DNA of 64,000 nucleotides from Lytechinus pictus (lineage: Eukaryota): contig NC_087251.1 of the NCBI RefSeq assembly GCF_037042905.1, positions 1,798,001 through 1,862,000 on the forward strand, in the 5' to 3' direction. How positions within the stretch are numbered: position 1 is the first letter of the stretch; each line of letters starts with the position of its first letter. Below are positions 37,427-47,900 of this stretch, one piece after another. Under the pieces are notes generated by a model that worked only from the letters and a program-made list of their open reading frames with translations, had not been told where the DNA came from and did not search any database. A program made the position numbers and the translations under genes.

Positions 37427-37860
37427 AGTCCAGTGAATGTCTCTACCGATTTTTATTTCAAACGGTAAAAGGAACTCGAAAAAATGCCACCTTCTTATAC
37501 ACAGTGCTAAATCAGGGAATGGGACAGAATATCATATGCATAGGCTATAGTCTATAACAAAAGAATTTATTACGTAATCCAAATTTCTCATGTTATAATG
37601 TCACCTGTGTAATGGGGAAACATTATGTAATCACTCAATTACCATTTTGTCTACGCGTAGCCTTTCAAATACCAACAAAACTGTCGATTTTTATTTAAAA
37701 ATATTTTATTCCACCTTTATGACCAACAGTGTAGTTTACTGGAAACTAGTTTAGTGGAAACTAGTTTAACGCGTAGTGAGAACGGTCGAAGCGGTCTTGG
37801 AAGCGATCTTTCAAACCAGTTTGGAAAACCACCTCGCGATGTAGTTTTCAAGATCGCTTT

Positions 37861-39147
37861 GCCCCCCTGAGATTTGGTGTGCCCCCCCCAGGTGCCCCCC
37901 CTGAAAAAAATTGGCAGAGCAAAAAAAAAAGGGAGAAAGAAGAAAAGAGAAAAAGAAAAAAGAAGAAAGACAGAAGAACAAAAAGGAAGAGGAAGATAAG
38001 AAGAGGAAGACGAGTGAATGAAATAATGTGAGGGGAAGACTTGCAAAAAAAAAATCTATCATGTTACCTATAAATTTTTTGCTTGCGCTTTGCGCCAGAA
38101 TTGCCTGTTCAATGAGATTCATATCTTGCTCAATAGGCTGATATGGAGCAAGTTTTGAAGTCTATATACAAAACATGTTTTAGCTCAGACATCGAGCTTT
38201 CATTATTTTTTTTTCATTTACAAATTTAAGTGCTCTGTAAAATGTTTGTTTTTATGGTCTACATATCAGCATTTTAAGCTCACTAGGTGTATTCCATAAT
38301 GTTCCATTAAACAAATGTATTCAGAATGCCCAGATTCTAGGTCTAAATCTAAAACATGCGCGATGGCCTGCATGTTCTTTATTTAAAATGTACTTAAATT
38401 ATCCAGTTTCACGTCAGAATATCAATAATTGTCTGCTCACGCTTCATGATCGCATTATTAATGATACCCAATTAACTATATCCTATTTATGATTTACAAA
38501 ATATGAATAGAGTGTCCCGCTTTTAGGTCTGAAATCTCAATTTTCTACCTCTCGCGCTTCGCGCTCGCATCAATTGTTTAGTTACATACCTATCCCATTT
38601 ATTAATACAAAAAGTGCTTAGAATGACCATTTTTAGGTCGGAATGTCAAAAAAATTTGCTCGCGCTTCGCGCTCGAATTATTGAAATATATACCGTCTTC
38701 GTGGGTAACTGTAAGCAGTCCTTAACAGGTCCCTTTTCAATAATGCTAGAACAATTCATTTAAAAAAAATTCTGCTCGCGCTTGGCGTTCGCAGTAACCA
38801 TCTAGTTACATACGAATCTTGTTCAGGATCACACATAACATTGCCCAGAATATTAAATTTTCAGGACAAAATACATAAAAGTATAAAAAAAAATCGCTCG
38901 CGCTTCGCGCTCGCACTTTTTATAAGGCTTATTTCATGTTAATGTTGTTTTATAAGAATAAAACTAAGAAGTGACTGATCGGGGAAAATATAGGTGAAGA
39001 TAATTTCGGGCACCGTCCCCTATTGGCGAAAGTCGGATCCGCCCTTGTGACACATACACACACACACACCGAAAAAATGGTGCCCCCCTGAAAAAGCAAG
39101 GACCCCCCCAGTGCCCCCCAAGGAAAAAAATCCTAGCTACGCCACTG
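37861..39147 (-). mobile_element. hAT-like MITE, one end missing
   Basis: Ends AAAAAAATCCTAGCTACGCCACTG and has GCTCGCGCTTCGCGCTCG repeats; inverted relative to 32968-33783. Confidence 0.78.
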
Positions 39148-39318
39148 CTCTCGCGTCGGGTGCACAAGTACTGACGAATAAAAAAAAATCGTCCCGGGGC
39201 CGATGGTCTGAGACCATAAAAGGTGGCTAATTGTCCTTGCAAGATTAAAAGACTGACCGTACGTGGGGCGTGGGGCTAACCAATACTTAGTCATGTTTTT
39301 TATTCTTACTATATACAG

Positions 39319-39846
39319 TAACAGCAAGGAATTCTTGACTTTGAATCACCGTCGCGCGGATGTATTTTCTAATGGTATGGTTATTTGGCTTTCTCCTGCT
39401 ATGATCACCAGTTTATGCCTCATTGATGTCAAACTCTTCCCTTTCGATATTCAAACTTGTAAATTTGTATGGGGGCCCTGGTCGAATCCCGTGAACATTC
39501 AGGACATGGACTACTTCTTTGAACGTAACGAAACGACCACAGACCGATACGTTGACAACGGCGTATGGGAGATCTTGGATGACACAGCATATAGGACTGA
39601 AGAAACCTACAGTACCGCTCCCGAACCATTTGTGGAGATTTGTTATGCCATCACATTCAGGAGGAAATCGAAGGTGTACGTCATAGATATTATTATCCCG
39701 TCCGTCTTACTCTCTCTATCAACCATGATAATATTTCTACTGCCTCCAGAGTCTGGAGAGAAGATCTCATTTGGTATCACCAATCTTCTAGCCATGCCAA
39801 GAAACAGTCCGATCTGCCATGCCACCGACAGGTTCTCCAATCTTTG
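39319..39846 (+). pseudogene. Nicotinic acetylcholine receptor-like Cys-loop subunit exon (ligand-binding domain C-half, M1, M2), frameshifted in M2
   Basis: tacag|T acceptor; Cys loop CLIDVKLFPFDIQTC, then NGVWEI, FRRK and LPPESGEKISFGITNLLA. After a frame change it continues QETVRSAMPPTGSPIF with donor G|gtaat. Confidence 0.85.
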
Positions 39847-39854
39847 GTAATTAG

Positions 39855-40022
39855 NNNNNNNNNNNNNNNNNNNNNNNNNNNNNNNNNNNNNNNNNNNNNN
39901 NNNNNNNNNNNNNNNNNNNNNNNNNNNNNNNNNNNNNNNNNNNNNNNNNNNNNNNNNNNNNNNNNNNNNNNNNNNNNNNNNNNNNNNNNNNNNNNNNNNN
40001 NNNNNNNNNNNNNNNNNNNNNN
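39855..40022. other. Assembly gap
   Basis: Run of N. Confidence 1.
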
Positions 40023-40679
40023 TTGTATAGAGTACTCGATGTCCTTCACAGGAAGAGCTTTGAATAATAAACACAAGTTCACAAGGTTGACTGGAGGTTC
40101 ATCAAATTTAATTGCAACTCTGAGTTTCACGCATATATATATATATTGCGATAGAAATGAATAGGTCTATGTGTAAATAAAAAATTAGCCTCCTTGGCAT
40201 CTAAAGAATGCAAGAAATATCACGATTAGTAATAGAAGAATGCCTCAAACAAATTGAAATAATAGATTTTAAAATAAAACGGAGCTTAGCTCTAAAAAAT
40301 GAATGGCAACGTCATACTCTTCGTCAGTGCCAATCAAAGGTATGACAAAAAATAGTTCAAAATATGTTTCCGAAAACAGTCATAATACGGACGTGTTTTT
40401 TTTCCGACTGTTTCTGAATCTCCATTTTTGTCACACCGTGGGCATTGACGAAGAGTGTGATACCTTCTGTTTTCTTATCTATTGTGCGCAGCATAAATAG
40501 ACACTTTTAACAATTACATCATAATTTTGAAGGGTCCACTTGGAGATCTTACATCAAGAGCAATTAATGATAAGTTTAACAAACCAAGCGGTTTCATTCA
40601 CTGTTGTCTTCTTGTCTGTCTTCGTGTTTGTGATATAATATTCATATAATTTACTATATCGCCAACATCTATTTTCCAG

Positions 40680-41072
40680 CCAATTACTTATGTACGATGG
40701 TAGTCGTCGCAGGTGCATCTCTGATAGCAGAGGCACTCGTTCTGCGAATGCACAGCTTCGCCAACACAAGACCTGTACCTCAATGTATGATGTGTTTATC
40801 GAGTGAAGATCACCATTGACATGTCAGATCTGGTCAAAACGGCGAACCCCAACGATTGTCCAGAACAAAGCGTACTGACAGATCTGAGGAGTCCCTCAAG
40901 GCTATCCAATATCCCCGCGTCAGAAAATGCTGAACTCGGGAAGCTGATCGCGTCATCTGTTGAACATAAAGCTGCTATCATAACCATTTGCTGCATCATA
41001 GGAAATTTCTTGTTCACGTTTTTGAGAATGTTCACAGCAAAATACACAAAGGGTGATCATGATCATGATTAG
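40680..41072 (+). pseudogene. Same receptor, M3-loop-M4 exon with a second frameshift
   Basis: ttttccag|CC (phase 1) gives ANYLCTMVVVAGASLIAEALVLRMH...PVPQ (M3). After a shift near 40800 it reads KLIASSVEHKAAIITICCIIGNFLFTFL (M4-like), with a stop at 41072. Confidence 0.65.
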
Positions 41073-42216
41073 CATTCTTTCTCTACGAACATGATATCGC
41101 CTTTTTAATGTAACAAAATCTCATCTGCTTTGGTAAATTTTCCCATGAATGTTTTTATTCCTGTTTTGTATTACTAAATTTGTTTTAATGCTGCTTTGAT
41201 GTAGATGGTATGCAATAAATCGTGGTTTAGTGAATATAATTTTTTATTATTTTTATATGAACAAATATTTTAAGTGAAATTCGCAGCTGCAACGCTGCAA
41301 GAAACTTATACATTCAGTTCCAAATCAAGCAGAGGTCAAAGTCAAGTATAAGTCCGTTAATTAAACGCAAATTTTGTAGATTTGTGTTCAATGTCAACTT
41401 CTTTGCAACCCCCATTCATATGTATGATTTTTAATTGTATCTTTTCTTGCAACGTCCCATTATTCTGGGAATGCACTCGCGTTTTTCACTTTATACATGT
41501 ACATGTACACTAATTTTGTGATTATATAAGCAAGGATGTTAACATTCATGTTTAATGTGCATACAATGTGAATCACAAGCAAATTTAATTAAGGGCTGTG
41601 TAATAAGGTAATCTTGCTTGTAATGGGATAATAATCAACAATTTTAGGGGACAGAAATGGAGGGTGGAGCAAATAATCTAAAAAGATGCAAAATTCTACA
41701 ATATTTTGATAGATAATGACAAAATACTCAGAAAATAATATTTCAATCCTTTAATTTTCTTTCTTTTTATTTTTGTGCTTGCTCCATAAAACACAATATT
41801 TTGATATTTGGGGGACGCAGCAATAGATGTCACCCAAAGGATAATCCTCTACTAGACTCTCTACTCCGCAGCCCATGACTCTAATAATGCTTTCTTCAAT
41901 TTTATTTGACAGAATATCTACGAATATTGACCACCGAGTATATGGCAGGTTTTTTTTTAAGAAAATGTGTGTAAATGTTTACATAGTGTATTATTAATGG
42001 ACAAAATGTTTCGATTAATCACCGATATAATTATACAGGTATATGATGATGATTATGAAATGTGACAATTTCAAATCAATATATGGGGAATTTGAATATA
42101 ATTATGTATATACTAAGGGATGCCATTAATTGTTTTACTCACTCATGCCTGTTCAGCATAAGATATATATTCTTCATCACAATATTCTGCAATGCAATGA
42201 CTAGAAGAGCAATGCA

Positions 42217-42288
42217 TGTCTCTGCCGGGAATCGAACCCGGGCCCCCGGCTTGGAACGCCAGTGCCTTAACCACTAGTACACAGAGAC
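42217..42288 (-). tRNA. tRNA-Gly(TCC)-like cloverleaf (probably SINE head or pseudo-tRNA)
   Basis: Acceptor GTCTCTG/CAGAGAC (7 of 7), anticodon arm CTGGC-GTTCCAA-GCCGG, T arm CCGGG-TTCGATT-CCCGG, and A box TAGTGG. The D stem pairs poorly. Confidence 0.5.
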
Positions 42289-42393
42289 GGGTTAGTGGCT
42301 AGGGCGACCCCGATCCGATTGACCGTCAGATAAACAGATTTCCGACACAAACCAATTTTAATTTTCTCTGTTTGATCTGATACCACATTGTAA

Positions 42394-42435
42394 ACTCCTG
42401 AAGAAGACAGAGGGAGGACCGTCGAAAATTCGAGT
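42394..42435 (+). ncRNA. Minimal hammerhead ribozyme (canonical core)
   Basis: ACTC-CTGAAGA-A-GAC-agagggaggacc-GTC-GAAA-ATTC-GAGT. Stem I is ACTC/GAGT, stem II is GAC/GTC, stem III is palindromic AATT, and the triplet is UUC. An A-rich AATAAA-containing tail follows, as at PLE ends. Confidence 0.78.
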
Positions 42436-42580
42436 GAATAATAAAAACTTCATTGGCAATCAAAGCATTATCATCAGCATTATTTTGTTACATTACTGAA
42501 GCCAATACGTGAAACTTTATATTAAGAGTATATATAAATATATATCTACTTAATCCAAAAATGAAGATAAAAATGAAGGT

Positions 42581-43215
42581 AGAATTCCCTTCGTTTCCAC
42601 ATTCCACCCTCAAACTAAAAAGCTTGCCCAGACGGTCAAGAAAGAGTGGAGTGAAATGGGTGAAATCACGGCGGACAAGCATCTCACTAAGGTCATGCCA
42701 AAGGCCCCGTTGCATGCACAGAGGCAGCCTCCCAGCCTTAAAAGGTTGATCGTGAAGAGTCGGCTACCGGGACCCCCTCAACCTAAGGGTAACCAACCCT
42801 GTTGAAAAGCCCGTTGTCAAATATGTCCGCACATCATAACCGACAGCTCAGTACACCTCCCTACTGGTTATGCAATCAAACCTACTGTGATTCAAGCAAT
42901 ATTCTGTATTGCTTACTCTGTAGCAAATGCCCAGATGTAACATACATTGGAGAAACCAGTACTAAATTTAGGACAAGATTCAATAATCACAGGTCTACTA
43001 TCCGACATCACCGCGATGGTTTCCCGGTAGCTGAGCACTTCAACAGAGAAAATCACTCTATCAGTGATCTCAAAATAGTCCTTTTCGGAGGAGGTTATCA
43101 GTCCGCGGAAGAGAGGAAACTCGCTGAACTTCGAGCCATTATTCATAGCCGAAGTTTTCAGTATGGCCTAAACAAGGATCTGTCTTGGCTGGACAAATAC
43201 AATTTTTATAAATAA
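42581..43215 (+). mobile_element. Penelope-like (Neptune-type) 3' fragment: linker, Cys motif and GIY-YIG
   Basis: RIPFVSTFHP...RQPPSLKRLIVKS...GNQPC*KARCQICPHI, then a frameshift to CDSSNILYCLLCSKC..YIGETSTKFRTRFNNH...VAEHFN...YGLN. Confidence 0.85.
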
Positions 43216-43643
43216 TTTCAAGAATTTCTCATAGGTTTATTATCATTATTATTGCTCTACTCTCCTCCATACATTATTAACAGTTGATTTCAAGATAGAG
43301 TGATTTGGGAGGCCATTGTCACCTCCTTTTATCGTAATTTATTTTCTTGATATATTATAAGCCTTTATCCTTTCTATTCTTGCATTTTCATGATTGTGGT
43401 GGCGTCATAATAAGTGATTGTTACGTAACAATGATATCCTCACGCGATAATTTTTACAGCCTGCGCCTCCAATATGCTTTTTTTAATTATTATTATGATG
43501 GTGATGCTGTTTTGTGCGCGGTTCCATGACTACCACAATCATAAATGTTATTATTTCAGTTCATTTAACGTCGAAAATTTGGAATTCAAAATAAACTGTT
43601 GGAACTAATTACAATGCATTACCACTTTGCCTCATTTATATAC

Positions 43644-43679
<36 letters not shown>

Positions 43680-43680
<1 letters not shown>

Positions 43681-44228
43681 GTGGCTGCCTCTATAAAAGA
43701 GGAGTTTCCAATAATATACGACGAATGACAGGACAAGTTTCATACGATTTAAAGAACTCTTTAATATAGATGATTGTCGATTAATGATCGTAGAAATATT
43801 TTGTAGATTAAGCGTTGCAGATAACATTCTGAAAATTATAAAACAGATATACAAGAATCATAAATACACAGACATATTATCTTCTCGTTTACACATTAGA
43901 TTCATATTTACATAAAAACAACATTCATTCATCATTATTCTCATAATAAATATTTGGTAAATAACAGAGTGCAATTAATAATCAAATAAAAGTAATCAAA
44001 CTTACCAAATATGGCTTTCTGTTTCTTTCTGTATACTGGACTGGACACAGTCCTTTTCCTTCGTAATACTTAAACAATGACAATTATTTATAACACGCGC
44101 GCAACTATTATGATTATTATTATTATTATTATTATGCGCAAATATACATGGCAACCATGACGCAGCAATCAAGATTAAAATTACACTAATTACATCACAA
44201 TTAATGCGCGCAATGCGTCGCAGTAACA
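43680..44228 (-). repeat. 3' LTR
   Basis: Direct repeat of 50587-51129. Confidence 0.95.
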
Positions 44229-44939
44229 TGGCTCCTTTAACTGATTATCCAAAACAGTTACTTATATATACTTATAAACTTCAATTAGAAATATATATAG
44301 CGCTTGCATAAAAAGAATAACACTATAAACCACTATTAAAAAATAACAATAAACAATAAAGTATTCATGCTTTAGTATTATGCTTGCATGCTCTCATCAC
44401 AGTTTGATAAGTGAATAATTCTAATATATCGAAGTTTCAAGCGTTCGAAAGCAAATTCAGGTCAAAACTATACGATCAAATCATAAAATGATAAATAAAA
44501 GAATGCATTATATAATATTTTGAACGATATCTGAAAATATAGCAAGACTTTTTTTTTTCTTTTCAAATGCATTTCTTTTTATCCAATTTGATTCTTGAAA
44601 CATCAAGAAGATAATATATTAAATTTGTATATGTATCATGCCAAAAAATGCACACTGCAATATAAGCAATGTTTCGCTCATTTGGTTAAACAAGACAAAA
44701 TGAAAGATCACATATTCAAATAGCACAGAAACAATTTCCCAAGCTATCAATAACTTTGCATATCAATCTGCTCATTGCCTATTGATATAAAAATAAACGA
44801 TAATAATATAACAGTCTAATTGTTCTTGTGTTTGGCTCCTTGCGGGGGAATCCCTAAATGTCTTTCGCGTGGATTATACTAGCCCATGTGAAAAGCAGTC
44901 TCTTTCTGTTATAGTGTCAGTATCACATTAAGAACAAAT

Positions 44940-47900
44940 CTAGTCATCTGCTAGGATCAAAACGAGCTTATGTATGGGTCTTTCCAAAAATCTAGGCTCA
45001 TGCTTACGTTTACCGTCTTTTCGAAGATCGCGATCAGCCATGATCAGTTTCACTTTACGAACTCGGCCGTCATCACATTTGTAGGCTTCTGTCACTCTTC
45101 CTAGTGGCCACTGACTTCGAGTATCGCTGCAGTCTTTTACAATAACGATGTCGCCTATCGCGAGGTCACGCTTTGGATGGACCCACTTCTGTCTTGTTTG
45201 GATGTCTTGGAGATATTCACGCTTCCATCTACTCCAGAATTCGTTCGCTAGATTCTGCACACGACGCCACCACTTCCGAGCATATACGTCTTCTCGCTGA
45301 AACTTGCCTGGGGGAGGCATTACAACTTTTGCCTTCATGGTTAGAAGATGGTTCGGAGTCAACGGTTCAGGGGCATCTCCTGCACATAGATTAGCTGTAG
45401 ACAGTGGTCTGGAATTGACAACTGACTCCACTTCAGTAAGGAACGTCTGGAAGGATTCATCATCTAGTTGTGACCCTGAATTCATTAAGAGGGGTTCAAG
45501 GACTCTGCGTACTGTACCAATCTGGCGCTCCCAAACTCCTCCCATGTGAGATGCACTCGGCGTGTTCATCTGGAAGGGTATCCAATCAACTCCATTCTCT
45601 GGTAGATACGTCTGGATAGATTCCTGGTCCAACTCTCTCATTGCTTCCCGCAACTCGTTTCTAGCGCCAACGAAAGCAGTCCCTCTATCAGATCTGATCT
45701 GTCTGACTGGTCCACGACGAGTGAGGAACCGCCGGAGGCAGTTGATGAAGCTACTGCTTGTGAGACTATTTGCCGCTTCTAGATGAATGGCTCTCGATGC
45801 CATACAAGTGAAAAGTACTCCATATCTTTTCACAATACTTCTTTTTTCTTTGATGTTGACAGGTCCAAAGTAATCCACAGCACAGTATGTGAATGGGGGT
45901 GCCGGTTCTAGGCGACCTTTTGGCAGATCTGCCATCTTCTGTTGCTGCAATGGTCCTCTCATTTTTCTGCACAAGACACACTTTGATATGATACTGGAAA
46001 CTGCAGAAGAACCACCAATCACCCAGTATCCATTTTGTCTCAGTTGATTATGTGTGATTCCTCTTCCCATGTGGTTAACCTGCTCATGCTTGTGTCTTAT
46101 GAGCAATGTCGTCATATGAGAATTTCTCGGCATGATGACGGGATGCTTGATTTCGTCAGGTACGGCAGCTTTGTCGATTCGTCCACCAACTCGCATGATA
46201 CCATCACTGCCAATGTATGGATCTAGACGATATAGAGAACTGATTGGCTTGATTTCACTGTTTCTCTTCCTTGCTGTTTGTCTGTCCTTTTGCTCACCAG
46301 AGCCTAAGTTGCGAAGTACCATCAATTCGTCACGAAAATGTTCTATTTGCAAGTTTCGGATTACTTCAGTTTCTGCTGCATCGACTTCTGCAACTGTCAA
46401 GATAACACGTTGGAGTGGACGGTTCAATTTAGGGCTTGTCTTCCTCTTCACTTCTCTCTTTCGTAGTTTACTTTTGAACATCATACATAGTGCTACCACT
46501 CTCTTGGCACGTTGCCAGCTTGAGATATGCTGGAGGCGACTAATCTCGAAGTGGTTGGCTCTAGCAGTCATTGTAGACAAAGTCGACACATGTCTAACTT
46601 CTGGGTCATCTTTCTCACAGCTGGCTTTATACTGCTCTGTAGGAATCTTGAATTCTCCTTTCTCATGAAGAAACTTCGGTCCAACCATTCAGCGGCTACT
46701 TTCAACGAGCTCCTTTGCTGTCATCCCTCGAGACGCCTCATCAGCAGTGTTGTCTTCTGTGTTCACATAGAACCATCTTTTGGGGTTTGTTTCGTCATGT
46801 ATCTGTTGCACCCTATTTGCCACGAAGACATGGAATCTCCTTGCTTCGTTACGAATGTAACCCAAGACCACTTGACTATCTGTCCAGAAGAATTCTTGAG
46901 GTTTAGCCACTGTCAATTCTTTCCTTAGAAATGTACTCATCTTTGCTGATACAGTGGCAGCCGTCAGTTCGAGTCTGGGAATAGTCATCTGTCTGAGTGG
47001 GGTTACTCTTGATTTGGCTGTCACGAGAGAGCAACACACTTTGTCCTCTTCATTCACCAGGCGAATATAAGAGCACTGTCCGTAACCATCAAAACTTGCA
47101 TCTGAAAAGTGATGTAACTCTGTACGCTTTACTTTGCCGAAGTTTGGAGGCTTGTAGCATCTTGGGACGTTTAGTTTCTCGAGTTCACTTATTTCAAATC
47201 TCCATTTCTCCCACTGTGGTCTGACGTCATCGGGTAAGGGGCTGTCCCAATCAAGTTTCCTTCTGCAGAGGTCCTGGAGAATGTGCTTTCCTCTCAGAGT
47301 CACTGGACTTGCAAGGCCGATAGGGTCATAAATTGAGCCAACAGTGGATAGAACTCCCCGTCTAGTAAGAGGGCGATCTTTAAGCTCAATTCGGAACTGC
47401 AATGTATCACTTTCCACGCACCAGAATACACCTAATGCTCTCTCTATTGGTAGTGGATCAACTTCTAGGTCCAAGTCAGCAATACCCTTAGCTCTGTCTT
47501 CGATAGGAAAACTCTGCAGAACCTCCTTATTGTAAGACATCATCTTGTGTAATCTCAGTCCAGCTTTACTGCAGATTGCTTGACTTGCTTTCATGACACT
47601 CACGGCTTCATCTGGGGTTGCGACTGACTTAAGTCTGTCGTCGACATAGAAGTCATCTCGAATATATGAAGCTGCATCGGACCCAAACTCAGCTTCGCCA
47701 TCATCTGCTGCTTTCTTGAAGCCATAGTTAGCACATCCAGGTGAGCTAGTAGCGCCGAATAGGTGAACCTTCATCCTGTATTCGATCACGTTTTTGTTTG
47801 GGTCACCATCTTCCCACCACAAGAAACGGAGAAGGTCCCGATCTTCCTCCGACACGAAGAATTGGTGAAACATTCCTTTGATGTCTCCAACGACAGCAAC

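Larger units (their letters stand above)
26860..37731 (-). mobile_element. Tc1 (DD34E) transposon expanded to ~10.9 kb by nested insertions
   Basis: Perfect 25-bp TIRs CACTGTTGGTCATAAAGGTGGAATA with TA duplications (26858-59, 37732-33). The transposase is in three pieces: 37426-37343, 36821-36303 and 27588-27191. Native parts sum to about 1.64 kb. Confidence 0.92.

Noticed and set aside
36856-37428. 190-aa + strand ORF
   Set aside because: It lies in a GC-rich MITE and the antisense of the Tc1 transposase; no recognisable motifs.
42803-42805. In-frame TGA in the PLE Cys motif as selenocysteine (as in Naiad PLEs)
   Set aside because: The TGA falls after the Cys (C*KARC) at a usual Gly position, the endonuclease is C-terminal rather than N-terminal, and the fragment is also frameshifted. 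The same reasoning applies to the TGA near 2931.
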